The notes beneath the pieces are model-generated. The model searched no databases. It had not been told where the DNA came from and saw only the letters and a program-made list of their open reading frames with translations. Of a stretch of 64,000 bases of DNA, positions 29,110 through 40,424 are shown in pieces. Where the stretch lies: NCBI GenBank assembly GCA_963664015.2, contig CAXXLF010000002.1, positions 1,280,001 through 1,344,000 on the forward strand, in the 5' to 3' direction. The number at the start of each line of letters is the position of its first letter. The stretch's first letter is position 1. The position numbers and the translations under genes are program-made. The stretch comes from Candidatus Binatia bacterium. Lineage in GTDB: Bacteria; Desulfobacterota; Binatia; UBA9968; CAXXLF01.

Positions 29110-31029
29110 ATGTCATACATAATTGGTACGGCGGGCCACATCGACCATGGCAAAACAAGCCTCATCAAGGCCCTGACGGGGCAAGACACCGATCGACTCA
29201 AGGAAGAAAAAGAGCGCGGTATCTCTATTGACCTGGGTTTTGCCCATCTGGACCTCCCCGATGGGACACAGGCCGGGATCGTCGATGTGCCCGGCCATGA
29301 ACGTTTTATCCGCAATATGCTAGCCGGCGCCCACGGCATGGACCTCGTCTTGTTTACCGTTGCCGCGGATGACGGGGTCATGCCCCAGACGGAGGAACAC
29401 CTTGATATCATTCATCTTTTAGGCGTTCACCTGGCCATCTTTGTTATCACCAAGACAGACCTAGTTCCTCCGTCCAGGATTAAAGAGGTCGAGGAGGAAA
29501 TCGAAATTCTAACGGCAGGGACCGCGTTGGAAGGGTCTCCCATTGTTCCCTTCTCCGCAGTGACGGGAGTTGATATCGACGGCCTACGTAACCATGTATT
29601 CAGCGTTCTGGAAGACTCGGGAAAAGCCGCTTCCAGGAGCTATTTTCGCCTCCCTGTGGACCGCGTTTTCGCGTTACCAGGCCACGGAGTGATCGTTACT
29701 GGCACCGCTTTGAGCGGCGAGGTCAGGTCGGGCGATCGGGTACGTTGCCTTCCCGGAGAACAGTCCTTTCGCGTACGCAGCTTGCAAGTCCACAATCAAT
29801 CGGTGGACTCTACGGGCGCGGGACACCGCGTTGCTCTCAACCTCAGCGGGCCGGATAAGTCTACCATTGAGCGCGGGCATGTGATTTGCCATGAAAAACT
29901 GACCCGTATCTCGGATCGGTTCGACGCTCACATAGAGGTCCGACCGGCAACCAAAAATGGGATTAAAAATCATCAACGAGTGAGAGTCCATCTGGGGACA
30001 GCGGAACGTATGGGTAAAATCATCCTGCTAGGGTCCCGCGAAGTGCTGGCGCCCAAAGAGCCCGCCTACTGTCAGGTTAGCCTGTCCGCTCCTGTCCTTG
30101 CGATGCGTGGAGACCGCTTTATCATCCGGGATGAGACCGCTCAACGCACTCTAGGGGGGGGAAGGATCATCCACCCATGGGCCCAAAGGCATAAAAGAAG
30201 GGAATCCGGGCTCGAAGCAAGGCTCGAAGTGCTTGGACGAGAAGATTCGCCTGCTCTTATCGAAAACTTCCTCGATGAAAGTCCGGAATTCGTAACGCCC
30301 GTCACCGCCGTCACACAGTTTCTCAATCTGACTGAAGAGGATACCCAGTACCGGCTGGACCAGACCAAGGGTATTGTGACCTTTACCAGTGAAGGAGAGA
30401 AGAGTTACTCCACTGAGCAAAAATGGCAAAACTTCCGTTCGAGGACACTGGATTCCCTGGCCGAATTTCATCGCTCTCATCCACTGGCACCGGGCATGGA
30501 CATGGAGGAGCTTAGGGGCAAACTCCCCTTCAGTGTACCAACCCGGCTGTTTCGCAGCCTCGTGGATCAGCTGGTCGGTCAGAAGGCCATCGCCCGCGAC
30601 GGCAATTCTCTACGCCTCCCCGAATACACGGTCCAATTGAAAGAGGAAGAGCGATCGATCACGGACAAGATCATCGCATCTCTAGGACGCAATCCACTGG
30701 CCCCACCGGAATTGAAAGAAATGGAAAAAGAGATTGGCATCGGCCGGGCCAAACTTACCGAGATTGTACGGGTCCTGGAAAGACAAGGGCAACTTATACG
30801 GGTCTCCACTGACTTATATTTCCTAAGGGAATCCGTTGACAGGGTAAAGACAGTTTTATATAAGTACCTTTCGGAACACCAAGAGATCAACGCGGCTACA
30901 TTTCGTGACGTCCTAAGTTCCAGTCGCAAGTTTACCATAGCCCTCCTGGAATATTTTGACCGCGAAGGAGTGACCATCAGGATCGGAGACGCCAGGCGAC
31001 TCAAACCATCGACAACCAAAAAAGCTTAG
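29110..31029 (+). CDS. selB: Selenocysteine-specific elongation factor
   Basis: [26 protein letters not shown]; C-terminal winged helices with [13 protein letters not shown]. Confidence 0.97.
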   Translation: MSYIIGTAGHIDHGKTSLIKALTGQDTDRLKEEKERGISIDLGFAHLDLPDGTQAGIVDVPGHERFIRNMLAGAHGMDLVLFTVAADDGVMPQTEEHLDIIHLLGVHLAIFVITKTDLVPPSRIKEVEEEIEILTAGTALEGSPIVPFSAVTGVDIDGLRNHVFSVLEDSGKAASRSYFRLPVDRVFALPGHGVIVTGTALSGEVRSGDRVRCLPGEQSFRVRSLQVHNQSVDSTGAGHRVALNLSGPDKSTIERGHVICHEKLTRISDRFDAHIEVRPATKNGIKNHQRVRVHLGTAERMGKIILLGSREVLAPKEPAYCQVSLSAPVLAMRGDRFIIRDETAQRTLGGGRIIHPWAQRHKRRESGLEARLEVLGREDSPALIENFLDESPEFVTPVTAVTQFLNLTEEDTQYRLDQTKGIVTFTSEGEKSYSTEQKWQNFRSRTLDSLAEFHRSHPLAPGMDMEELRGKLPFSVPTRLFRSLVDQLVGQKAIARDGNSLRLPEYTVQLKEEERSITDKIIASLGRNPLAPPELKEMEKEIGIGRAKLTEIVRVLERQGQLIRVSTDLYFLRESVDRVKTVLYKYLSEHQEINAATFRDVLSSSRKFTIALLEYFDREGVTIRIGDARRLKPSTTKKA

Positions 31030-31115
31030 AACCCCCCTCCCACGGGGTTAAAAACGGTTCGTCCCCAGGACATGCAATAAACAAGGGCAGCGGTTACCAA
31101 GGATAAGAATCTATC

Positions 31116-32162
31116 ATGAGACAAAAAACTATTCGGCTAACGCACCACGTCAAGGCTGCCGGTTGAGCTGCTAAGCTCGGTCCTGCCGACCTTGTGCAAG
31201 TTTTGCACAGCCTGCCAAAAATTGATCACCCCGGTGTTCTTGTGGGGACGGAAACCTCCGACGACGCGGGTGTCTTCCGCTTGCGTTCCGACCTGGCGAT
31301 TATCAACACAGTAGATTTTTTCACGCCCATCGTGGACGACCCCTACACCTTCGGGCTCGTCGCCGCGGCTAATGCCTTGAGTGATGTCTACGCCATGGGC
31401 GGTGAGCCCATAACGGCTATGAACATCGTCTGTTTTCCCAAGGAAAAGATGGACATTCAGGTCCTTGGTACAATCCTCAAGGGAGGCGCGGAAAAGGTTA
31501 GCGAGGCTGGTGCGGTCGTCATTGGCGGCCACTCCATCATGGATCCAGAGATCAAATACGGCATGGCGGTCACCGGGGTGGTCCATCCGGATCGCGTGCT
31601 CCGAAACGTGGGGGTACAGGAAGGCGACGCCCTGATCCTGACCAAGGCCCTGGGAACCGGCATCATCTCGACAGCCCTGAAAAAGGGTAAGGCCCCCAAG
31701 GAAAGCATCGATGAGGCCATTGATTCGATGACAACGCTAAACAAGAACGCTGCCGCAGTGCTTGGTAAATTCCCCGTCCATGCCTGTTCCGACATCACCG
31801 GTTACGGGCTGTTGGGACACACCATGGAGATGGCCACAGGCAGCGGGGTTACCTTAATCCTTGAATCCCAAAAGCTTCCCATTCTCCACGATGCTGTTCG
31901 CCTCGCCAATAAGGGGTACCTGACCGCCGGACGCAAACGAAACCGTGAGTACCTGAAAGACAAGTCCAAGATTGACTCCATCATCCCAAAGGGGCTGGTG
32001 GAAATCGCCCTGGACCCCCAGACCTCGGGAGGTTTGCTCATCGCTCTGCCCGATAAACACGCCGCAAAACTGGTCAACGAACTCCACTCCAATGGCGTGG
32101 CGCCCGCTACAATCGTCGGCCACGCCGTCTCCCTGCAAAAGGCCTGGGTGCGCCTTGCTTGA
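31116..32162 (+). CDS. selD: Selenide, water dikinase; selenoprotein (Sec17, TGA at 31164-31166)
   Basis: MRQKTIRLTHHVKAAG-U-AAKLGP in frame with DDAGV, DFFTPIVDDP, DPQTSGGLL; hairpin AAGCTCGG-TCCTG-CCGACCTT follows the UGA. Confidence 0.95.
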
Positions 32163-32282
32163 ACGAGCTTTTTGCCTCTTGACCCTGTCGACAAATTATT
32201 ATCTAATAGTTAGCCTAAATGTGGGAGGCATGGTATTGCATGCGTTACCCTTACGATATCAATCAATTGGGAGGTTGACCTT

Positions 32283-33335
32283 ATGACTTCGATCGAAAAG
32301 TATATTAAGCTAACGCTGATGGTGCTGTTTCTGTGGACCCTTTTGGGTGGTACTGCGCCAGCGGACGAGGGATATTACAACGGCAAGACCCTCCGGATCA
32401 TTGTGACCGCTAGCGCAGGAGGCGGTACCGATACCGCCTCCCGCCTCATCGCCAGATTTCTGCCAAAGTACCTTCCTGGTCACCCCAAGGCCTTGGTCCA
32501 GAACATGCCGGGAGGCGGTGGCCTGCTATCCAATAATTATTTTTACAACAAGGCCAGGTCCGACGGCACGGACCTGCTAGGATCATCTTCGTCTGGGATC
32601 AGCAACTACAATCGAGGGGGCCCGCGGGTTAAGTTCAACCCCCGGGAATACAAGTATATCGGTGCCACCAACCGGGGTGGGAGCATTTTGATGATCCGTA
32701 AGGACGCCAAGGCCCGCCTTACCGACCCTAATGCCAAGCCCGTAGTTGGGGGAGATACCGATGGAACCCGCAGCTGGGTGTCCATGCTCGTTTGGGGTAA
32801 GGATGCCTTCAATTGGAATTACCGGCATATCGTAGGCTATTTGGGGACCTCCGAAATGATGTTGGCGTTACGGCAGGGAGAGCTCGAAATGTGGTCCACT
32901 GCAAATCCTTGGATTATCGAAGATTTGCTGAAGGACGGGGTAGTAGAACTGATCGCCCAGGCCGGGTCCAAGCGCAGGAAAGACTTTGCTAATCTACCGA
33001 CCTTCTTCGAATTGCTGGGTGACAAGCGGCCCACGGGCATCTCTTTGCAGGCCTACAAGGCATGGGCCCAGCCGGCGGAAATCGATAAACCCCTGGCAGC
33101 CCACCAGGACACACCGGACAACATTTTACAGATGCTTCGCACAGCCTACGCAAAGATGGTTGTCGACAAGGATTATGTAAAGGACGCCGATAAGTTTTTT
33201 GGCTCAGGCTGGGCGGCCCTTGACGGTAAAACGACTCAGCGGATGGTTCTTGAAGTGACCGGCCTAACTCAAGAGGTCAAGGACCATACAGCCATGTTGC
33301 GCAAGAGACACGGGCTCCCTTCCGGGACACGCTAA
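32283..33335 (+). CDS. tctC: Tripartite tricarboxylate transporter substrate-binding protein (Bug/TctC-like)
   Basis: Signal peptide, AGGGTDTASR, VQNMPGGGG. Confidence 0.82.
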   Translation: MTSIEKYIKLTLMVLFLWTLLGGTAPADEGYYNGKTLRIIVTASAGGGTDTASRLIARFLPKYLPGHPKALVQNMPGGGGLLSNNYFYNKARSDGTDLLGSSSSGISNYNRGGPRVKFNPREYKYIGATNRGGSILMIRKDAKARLTDPNAKPVVGGDTDGTRSWVSMLVWGKDAFNWNYRHIVGYLGTSEMMLALRQGELEMWSTANPWIIEDLLKDGVVELIAQAGSKRRKDFANLPTFFELLGDKRPTGISLQAYKAWAQPAEIDKPLAAHQDTPDNILQMLRTAYAKMVVDKDYVKDADKFFGSGWAALDGKTTQRMVLEVTGLTQEVKDHTAMLRKRHGLPSGTR

Positions 33336-33389
33336 TACCGCAGCTATTGGCTATCGGATAGTTTTCAGAGAGGCCGTAGGGTTTAGAGG

Positions 33390-34877
33390 TTGATTGAAGC
33401 AGCTATTGACGGATTGTTAGGTATTCTTACCTTTCAGTCGCTGGCCATGATGACCTTTGGGGTACTGGTTGGCAGCGTCGTGGGATTCCTACCGGGCATC
33501 GGCGGACCCACAACGTTGGCCATCATGCTTCCCTTCGTCATGACCATGACAGACCCGATGATGGTCATCGCCCTTCTGGTCGGGATAGACGCAGTAGGCA
33601 ACACGGCCAGTGCTTTTACCTCTATCCTGATTTCCGTACCCGGAGGTGCCGGATCCCAGGCTACCATTATCGATGGATACCCCCTCGCTCAAAAGGGCCA
33701 GGCCGCCAGGGCCCTGAGTGCCTCCTTTATGGCCTCCCTGATAGGCGGCTTCATAGGTCCGATTGTTCTCATTGCTTCGCTCCCCATTCTCCGTCCCTTG
33801 GTCCTTTCGTTTGGCTCACCCGAGTTCTTTGTGTTGACGCTCTGGGGTCTCACCATGGTCGCCGTCTTGAGCGGCAATACTCCCGTCAAAGGTCTAGCGG
33901 CAGGAATCATTGGGGTGCTGATCGCCACCATCGGCCTGGACCCCAAGTCCGGGACCGGACGCTATGACTTCGATGCGCCCTATCTATGGAGCGGCATCAG
34001 CCTTATCATCGTAGCCCTCGGAATCTTTGGCATCCCCGAGGTGATGGCCCTGGCCAGCCGAAAAACTAGCATCGCCAAAAGCCAGGACTTGGGCGAGGGC
34101 TTCATGGAGGGGATTTGGGATACTTTCCGCCACTGGTGGCTCGTTATTCGATGCTCAATGATCGGCGCTTGGGTGGGCTTCCTTCCCGGACTCGGCAGTT
34201 CCGTGGCGGATTGGTTCGCCTACGCCCATGCCGTACAAACCGAAAAGAACAAGGAGAATTTTGGCAAGGGGGATATCCGCGGGGTCATCGCCCCAGAGGC
34301 ATCGAATAACTCCAAGGAAGCGGGAAGCTATATCCCGACTCTGGCCTTCGGTATTCCAGGCGGCACCTCCACGGCGCTGATCCTAACCGCGTTCATTGCC
34401 GTGGGAATCAGGCCGGGACCCCAGATGCTGACCACCCAACTAAATCTAACCTTCGCCGTCATTTGGACCCTGGTGATCGCCAACATCCTTGCCGTCGCCA
34501 TCTGCATGGCATTGACCAAACCTCTGGCCAAGGCCTGCTTCCTCCCCTTTTATACCGTCGTCCCCGTGATTGCGGTTTTCGTATTCATAGGGGCCTTTGC
34601 CGCGCACTTTACCAACTACGATCTTGTAGCGTTGCTGATCTTTTCCTTGCTGGGATTCATGATGAGGCGACACGGCTGGCCTCGCCCGCCCTTGCTCCTG
34701 GGGGTCGTATTGGGAACTAAGATGGAGACCTACCTCTGGCTCTCCTATGCCCGTTATGGTCTTGAGTGGCTCTGGCGTCCCTGGGTGATCCTCCTCCTGG
34801 GTCTGGTAGTTCTCTCACTGGTCATGCCCATCATCAAAGAACGGCGAGAGCGGAGGCAAAAGGTAGCTACCGCCTAA
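33390..34877 (+). CDS. tctA: Tripartite tricarboxylate transporter large permease
   Basis: GFLPGIG, DGYPLAQKG, APEASNN, GIPG. Confidence 0.9.
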   Translation: MIEAAIDGLLGILTFQSLAMMTFGVLVGSVVGFLPGIGGPTTLAIMLPFVMTMTDPMMVIALLVGIDAVGNTASAFTSILISVPGGAGSQATIIDGYPLAQKGQAARALSASFMASLIGGFIGPIVLIASLPILRPLVLSFGSPEFFVLTLWGLTMVAVLSGNTPVKGLAAGIIGVLIATIGLDPKSGTGRYDFDAPYLWSGISLIIVALGIFGIPEVMALASRKTSIAKSQDLGEGFMEGIWDTFRHWWLVIRCSMIGAWVGFLPGLGSSVADWFAYAHAVQTEKNKENFGKGDIRGVIAPEASNNSKEAGSYIPTLAFGIPGGTSTALILTAFIAVGIRPGPQMLTTQLNLTFAVIWTLVIANILAVAICMALTKPLAKACFLPFYTVVPVIAVFVFIGAFAAHFTNYDLVALLIFSLLGFMMRRHGWPRPPLLLGVVLGTKMETYLWLSYARYGLEWLWRPWVILLLGLVVLSLVMPIIKERRERRQKVATA

Positions 34878-34883
34878 AAACCC

Positions 34884-35387
34884 TTGTTGATGCTTATGGA
34901 AGAAAACACCAAAGGAAAAATCGAGAAGATCCTATTCACGTTGTTCATTACCTGCGTTTTCATCGTGGCGTTGAAAATGTCATGGAACTGGCCTGTCCGA
35001 GCAGCCATTATTATCTGGGTGCTCGGGGGAGCAGGGTTGGTGGCGACTCTTTACCAGCTGGGTACGGACTTCAAGTCGATTTTCAGTGAGCCTGCCAAAG
35101 TTGAGGGGATGGCCTTCGAGGCGCCTCTTCCCGAGGTGGGCGATTCCCGTTGGGGTAATCTGGAAATCTGGTCCTGGTTAATAGGTTTATTTGTGGTGAT
35201 CCTTCTCGTCGGTTTCCCCATCGCCGTACCCCTCTTCGTATTTGCCTATGCCAAGTTTTACGGCTCCCGTTGGATCACTGCCATTATCATGTCAGGCGTA
35301 TCGTGGGGATTTATTTACGGAGTCTTCGAGGAGACCCTCCACGTTCGCTGGCCCGAGCCCTTTCTTTACAGGCTTTTTACCTCGTAA
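34884..35387 (+). CDS. tctB: Tripartite tricarboxylate transporter small subunit
   Basis: Small multi-TM protein after tctA, with C-terminal FEETLHVRWP. Confidence 0.8.
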   Translation: MLMLMEENTKGKIEKILFTLFITCVFIVALKMSWNWPVRAAIIIWVLGGAGLVATLYQLGTDFKSIFSEPAKVEGMAFEAPLPEVGDSRWGNLEIWSWLIGLFVVILLVGFPIAVPLFVFAYAKFYGSRWITAIIMSGVSWGFIYGVFEETLHVRWPEPFLYRLFTS

Positions 35388-35515
35388 CCTACCGTGGTCA
35401 ATGCCATCGCCCCCTCCTCCTCATCGCCTGTTTCCTTGACAGGTTAGAGGCCAAGTGATATTTCGCCTGAGGATTAGACCCTTTGGCACGGTAAAACTGT
35501 TAACAAGGAGGCGAC

Positions 35516-35966
35516 ATGGCTTTAGGGACAACTGAGATTATGAAGAGTATCACCCAAAAACCTTCGGGCGAATCCCTGCTCCAGACCCACGACCTGCATA
35601 CCTTTGTCCAAGAGTACGAGCGGGGCCTATCCCAACGAGGTGGTACACATCCAGAAACCCATCAACGGCAAATGGGAGATCACCGCTCTGACCATGAAGC
35701 TGGAGCGGGAAAAGCGGTTCCCCTTGCTGGTCTTCCACAACGTCCTCATTGACGGCAAGCGCTCGGAAAGGCCGCGCATGACCTTTACGATGGCAAGCCG
35801 CCTCAGGCTCGCCCGCGCCATGGGAGTTACGGTCCAGGAGGCCGGGATAAACTGCTTCGAACGGGTGCAGCGGCGTGTGAAACCCGTGGTGGTCTCCCGC
35901 AGGGAAGCTCCCATCAAACAAGTGATCGAAGAAGGGGCAATCCGACCCATTGCCCCCTCCTTTTAG
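35516..35966 (+). pseudogene. UbiD-family decarboxylase 5' fragment (frameshifted and truncated)
   Basis: AAGGAGG RBS; DLHTFVQEYER/(G-run shift near 35623-35626)/AYPNEVVHIQKPI..WEITAL..FPLLVFHNV..KPVVVSRREAPIKQVI, then similarity ends abruptly. Confidence 0.75.
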
Positions 35967-35985
35967 TTACTTGAGATCGAGAAAT

Positions 35986-36279
35986 TTACCAGCGCTCACG
36001 CCCACCACCTCCCCCAGCATTATCCCGCTTTACCATGGGTTTCGCCTCATTGACCACCAGGGTACGACCATCCAGCTGCGTGCCGTTCAGACCATCGATG
36101 GCTTTCTGCCCCTCTTCCCCTGAACTCATTTCGACGAAGCCGAAGCCTCGGGATTGCCCGGTGAATTTATCCGAGATCACCTTTGCCGATTCTACGGTAC
36201 CGTGCGCTGCAAATATTTCCTGAAGCTGCCCTTCGGTTACCGAATACGGCAAGCCCCCAACATACAATTTGTTATTCAT
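35986..36279 (-). CDS. RRM RNA-binding protein with Gly-rich tail
   Basis: RNP2 LYVGGL, RNP1 RGFGFVEM, VNEAKP. Confidence 0.95.
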   Translation of the reverse strand: MNNKLYVGGLPYSVTEGQLQEIFAAHGTVESAKVISDKFTGQSRGFGFVEMSSGEEGQKAIDGLNGTQLDGRTLVVNEAKPMVKRDNAGGGGGRERW

Positions 36280-36511
36280 GTTCTCCTCCTTAATGAGAGA
36301 TTGGTAGTGTCTTTGACCCTGAGAACCTGACTGCTAATGGGAGCAGAACATGGGGAGCTTAGTAATTAAAACCACGCTCTGGTCGGTTTATCCTTTAGAT
36401 ATCGTTTCGCAAGGAGAGACTGATTTAGGCCTTCACCTATTGTGTTGTCTTCCTTCAGAAGGCCTTATACTGAAGTACTACCTTGATCCCTATTCTGATT
36501 CCGTATTCATG

Positions 36512-36973
36512 TCAACCACCTTTTCTTCTTTTCTGGGCGGCTAGCTTTTTGAGCAGACGCTTTCGTTCCTTAACGCAAGTCGGCTGCCTGTCCTTAGCAG
36601 TTTTCATCTCCGTAGTCTTGCAAGCTAAGCAGGACGGACAAATCCATGCGCCGCATTGACAGCGGCCTCCCGACTTGTCCATGAGGCCAGGCTTGCTGTT
36701 GAAAGGGGCCTGACAACGCGAGCAAACAATATCCACAACCGCTTCCAGAATTTCCAAATCCTCGGCCGGCGCGATGCGCCGTAGTAACTCCCCCGCGATC
36801 GCCACACGATATTGAAACAATTGCTTCCCGCTGAGTTTTTCCAGTGACTCTCCTGCCACGGTGAAACAGGTTTTAATCTCAGTTGTGCCGTCAATCCGTC
36901 CTTCGTATCCTACCACGTTGTGCCGAATCAGTGTTCCGTCCCGCAATTTGATTTGTTCTATTCTTTCTGACAT
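36512..36973 (-). CDS. Hypothetical protein with Cys-rich (zinc-binding) C-terminus
   Basis: CSRC...CQCG..ICPSCLAC and basic tail. Confidence 0.65.
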   Translation of the reverse strand: MSERIEQIKLRDGTLIRHNVVGYEGRIDGTTEIKTCFTVAGESLEKLSGKQLFQYRVAIAGELLRRIAPAEDLEILEAVVDIVCSRCQAPFNSKPGLMDKSGGRCQCGAWICPSCLACKTTEMKTAKDRQPTCVKERKRLLKKLAAQKRRKGG

Positions 36974-37156
36974 CGCAACCTCGCTAAATTGAAAGGGTGA
37001 TAGCCCCCGACTCGTTTAATAAGCGGTGGGGGCTGACCAGGAAGACATTGGGTTTAACAGAATCGTCGCACTTTGTCATTCTTAACCTCACTAGGGAATC
37101 CGGAATGTTTCATTTTCCATATGCTCTCTTTAAGCTGCCAGGCTTGACCTGTAACC

Positions 37157-38710
37157 TTACCGGGTAGTTGTCGTGCCGGCCTTAAGGGCGGCCATTCCCC
37201 GCGAATTGCGGAGCTTTCTTAGGGCCGTGGCCTCAATTTGGCGTATTCTTTCCCGGGTGACGCCAAAGACCTTCCCCGTCTCCTCTAGTGTATAATCCGA
37301 TTTTTCTCTGATTCCAAATCGCATGCGGATTATCTTCTCTTCCCTAGGGCTGAGTTTCGTGAGGATTCTTCGCGTCTCCTCTTGAATGTTAAGATCTGTA
37401 ACCGTTTCCTCAGGGTCAGGAGAATGCTCATCCCTGATGAAATCCCCTAGACAGCTCTCTGCTTCATCACCGATGGGCGCTTCCAGAGAAACCGGTTCTT
37501 TTACCAAGTTGAAAATTATCTGTACCTTGTCCAAGGGTACTGCCATTGCAGCCGCAATTTCCTCAAGAGCGGGCCTACGGTCAAGTTGGCGGTTGAGGTA
37601 ACCCGCTGTTTGGGTGAATTTCTTTTCCAGTTCAACCATATGGACTGGGATACGAATGGTACGAGAGTGGTCAGAAAGGGCCCGGGTAATGGCCTGGCGT
37701 ATCCACCAGCTTGCATAGGTTGAGAATCTAAATCCCAGCCGATAATTGAATTTTTCCACGGCCTTCATAAGGCCGATGTTTCCTTCCTGGATTAGGTCGA
37801 GAAAGTGGAGCCCCCCCCCCGCATACTTTTTCGCAATGGCCACTACGAGACGGAGGTTAGCCGCGGCGAAGTGATTCTTCGCCAGAGCACCCTGGGCCTT
37901 TTTGTTAAGAATGGCTCCCAGCCTCTGCTCAATCTCTTGCGCGGGCATACCCATCTCTTTCTCGATGATTCGAATCGCTATCCTTTTTTCATTTCCCTTA
38001 AACTTCTGTTTTAGTTCTTTGAGCCTCTCGTTAATCTGTTGATGCCTCTGAATAATCATTTCGATCTGGTCGCGGCCAAGCGGCAGAGCCTTAATGAGGG
38101 TAGCAATCTTTTCCTTCTGCCGGAGAATTTTTACATCGATCTGCTTTCGGTCCCCTTCACTTATTTGCTTTTCCAGGCGCCTTATCATGCCTTCATGAGC
38201 CCTGGCCCGATATTGGAGTTTGCTGATTTGGGTCCCAAAGCGAGTTTTCAGGAGTTTTTCATGTGCAACGACATCTGCCGGTGTCTCGCCTGGATCTTTC
38301 ACCACATCACGCACGTTCACCAAACCTGCAGCAATCTTTTCACCCAGATCGAGCGCCCAATTCAAGGCTAGAAGGGAAGATAAGGCCTCTCCGGCGATCT
38401 TTACCTCACAGTCCTCGATTTCTTGGGCCAGTTTTACTTCTTCTTCACGGCTCAGGAGGGGAATCGATCTCAATTCCTGGAGATAAGTAGCAACCGGGTC
38501 ATTTGCCTTACCCGTGTGATCATTTTCGAAGACTGCCCCCGCCTCTTTTCCATCGGAAACTTCCACTGTCTGGCCTTCTGGGATGGGCATTTGCTCTGGA
38601 CCCCAGATTTCTTCATTGGGGTGCCCGTGTAAATCCACATCTGGCGACTGCTCCGCCTGCTCCGGGAAAAGGTTGGATCCTTCTCGACCACTGGGGACGT
38701 TGTTATTCAT
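37157..38710 (-). CDS. RpoD-type sigma-70 paralog lacking region 1.1
   Basis: Region 1.2 [10 protein letters not shown]; region 2 [36 protein letters not shown]; region 4 [17 protein letters not shown]; no dnaG context. Confidence 0.92.
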   Translation of the reverse strand: MNNNVPSGREGSNLFPEQAEQSPDVDLHGHPNEEIWGPEQMPIPEGQTVEVSDGKEAGAVFENDHTGKANDPVATYLQELRSIPLLSREEEVKLAQEIEDCEVKIAGEALSSLLALNWALDLGEKIAAGLVNVRDVVKDPGETPADVVAHEKLLKTRFGTQISKLQYRARAHEGMIRRLEKQISEGDRKQIDVKILRQKEKIATLIKALPLGRDQIEMIIQRHQQINERLKELKQKFKGNEKRIAIRIIEKEMGMPAQEIEQRLGAILNKKAQGALAKNHFAAANLRLVVAIAKKYAGGGLHFLDLIQEGNIGLMKAVEKFNYRLGFRFSTYASWWIRQAITRALSDHSRTIRIPVHMVELEKKFTQTAGYLNRQLDRRPALEEIAAAMAVPLDKVQIIFNLVKEPVSLEAPIGDEAESCLGDFIRDEHSPDPEETVTDLNIQEETRRILTKLSPREEKIIRMRFGIREKSDYTLEETGKVFGVTRERIRQIEATALRKLRNSRGMAALKAGTTTTR

Positions 38711-38880
38711 AACTATCTCTTTGAGAAAACACGTTTTTAACGGGAACCACTAGGCCAAGTTCATACGGAAATCAGCCAATATCTCGTCTACTTAGTTTAG
38801 TAAGGTTAAGAATTTTAGGGTTACTTAAAGGATTTCAGCTAACTGACCCGGGAGTGATACGCATACCTATAATAATAGAT

Positions 38881-38909
38881 ATTTTATATGAATTAACTAA
38901 TTTTGTCAA
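38881..38909 (-). promoter_or_regulatory. Near-consensus sigma70 promoter for the RpoD paralog, with palindromic spacer
   Basis: Minus strand TTGACA-N17-TAAAAT; spacer contains AATTA-N2-TAATT (38891-38902). Confidence 0.7.
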
Positions 38910-38979
38910 GTTAAGTCTTTACAGGTCCAAGGAGATATAGTAAAAATAACAAATAACAGTTAAGCGCATATCAAAACAT

Positions 38980-39852
38980 ATGAATATCACGTACTTAATT
39001 AAGCATCGCCTGGAGGAATTAGGCCACGAACAGAGGGATTTGGCTGCTGCGGCGAATGTTACAGAGTCCTATATCTCCCAGTTACTTAACGGAAAGAAGG
39101 CTCTTCCCGCCCCCAATCGGTCGGACATTTATGAGAAAATCGAGCCCCTTCTCAAACTCCCACCTGGAAAACTGGCAAAGCTAGCCAACCTGCAGCGCAA
39201 AGAGGAGCTCAAAAGAACGATCGAAGAACCGGCCCGACCCTTGTTTCAAGAAATCCGAGAGCTGATTCTACGAAAATGCAGGGCCGATAAGGCAAAGCAA
39301 CTCCTCCCTATTTTCGAGAAGGAACCCTTCAGCGAGATCGAGCGGCTAATCACACAAAAGCTTTTAGAGGTAGCCAAGGGAATAGCCAAGGAGGAATGGA
39401 AAAACGAGAATTGGCTCCGGGTAGTTGCACAAATGAACCACAAAAGCCACGAGGAGATGCGGGTAATCGTTTTGGAGTTTCTGGACACCGATATCTTCGA
39501 CCTCTCGGTACCGAACTTCGTCTATTTCTTGGACCCGCTCATTGAATCCTGGGACATCGATCTTGTGACCTTTGGAATGAAGATCGTTTTGGCCACTGAA
39601 CTGGGCCGTGAACGCATAAAACAGTTTGAATTTGTGGAACGGGAATCTGAGCCTGAAATAGACGAACAGCCCGGGCTTAAAGATTTTCTTAAGGACGCGT
39701 CCCTGAGCAGAGACGCCACCTTAGAGGAAGTCGCCTTCCTCAAGCAGCTAAGATTTAAGTTTGAGGGCAAAATGCCCACCGCGCTTTATTACTATCGGGA
39801 GCTGCAGAACCTACGAGACCCCCTACATTTCCAGCTTGAGGGATCTAGGTAA
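38980..39852 (+). CDS. XRE-family HTH protein with a large uncharacterised C-terminal domain
   Basis: RLEELGHEQRDLAAAANVTESYISQLLNGK HTH. Confidence 0.85.
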   Translation: MNITYLIKHRLEELGHEQRDLAAAANVTESYISQLLNGKKALPAPNRSDIYEKIEPLLKLPPGKLAKLANLQRKEELKRTIEEPARPLFQEIRELILRKCRADKAKQLLPIFEKEPFSEIERLITQKLLEVAKGIAKEEWKNENWLRVVAQMNHKSHEEMRVIVLEFLDTDIFDLSVPNFVYFLDPLIESWDIDLVTFGMKIVLATELGRERIKQFEFVERESEPEIDEQPGLKDFLKDASLSRDATLEEVAFLKQLRFKFEGKMPTALYYYRELQNLRDPLHFQLEGSR

Positions 39853-39991
39853 TAAAAGGGTTGCCCATCGATTGGCAGAGGTAAAAGTTTGTCTGTTCCA
39901 GAATTTATTTTGCAATTGTCTTTCTGGCAATCGGCCTAAACGGTGTCCAGATATTTAAAAAATAACAATGAAGGGATGAAGGAGCCAGGAC

Positions 39992-40309
39992 ATGAACGAT
40001 GTTGATAAACGGTTGTTTGTGGGGGTCAAAGTCTCACCGAAGCTACAGAGAGAATTGGACAACTGCGCCCGCGGGACCGAGCGCTACTTTAGAGAAGATA
40101 GACCGGAGTATCTCCAGGTAGTGACCCTGGGGGAGGAAAAGCTTATTGGAAAGTTCTTGCGAGACGGCTTCCCCGTAAATGACATCGACAATGTCAGCCG
40201 TAATGTCCACAGCATCATCGCACTGGTTACATCAGGCTACCGGATAGAGGCGGATTCTATCCGGATATACGCCGACTCAACAGCACCTGTTTCACTCCGA
40301 CTTCCGTGA
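39992..40309 (+). CDS. Hypothetical protein
   Basis: 105-aa ORF with AAGGAG RBS. Confidence 0.65.
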   Translation: MNDVDKRLFVGVKVSPKLQRELDNCARGTERYFREDRPEYLQVVTLGEEKLIGKFLRDGFPVNDIDNVSRNVHSIIALVTSGYRIEADSIRIYADSTAPVSLRLP

Positions 40310-40424
40310 TCGCTCTAAAGCGAAATAACTCTTGGGGGAACGGGCTCGCCATATCCAAGACTGAGGTATTCAAATCTGAGATTGCCTTTCAATTGATATC
40401 GATAGCTTTCATAAGGAATATTAA

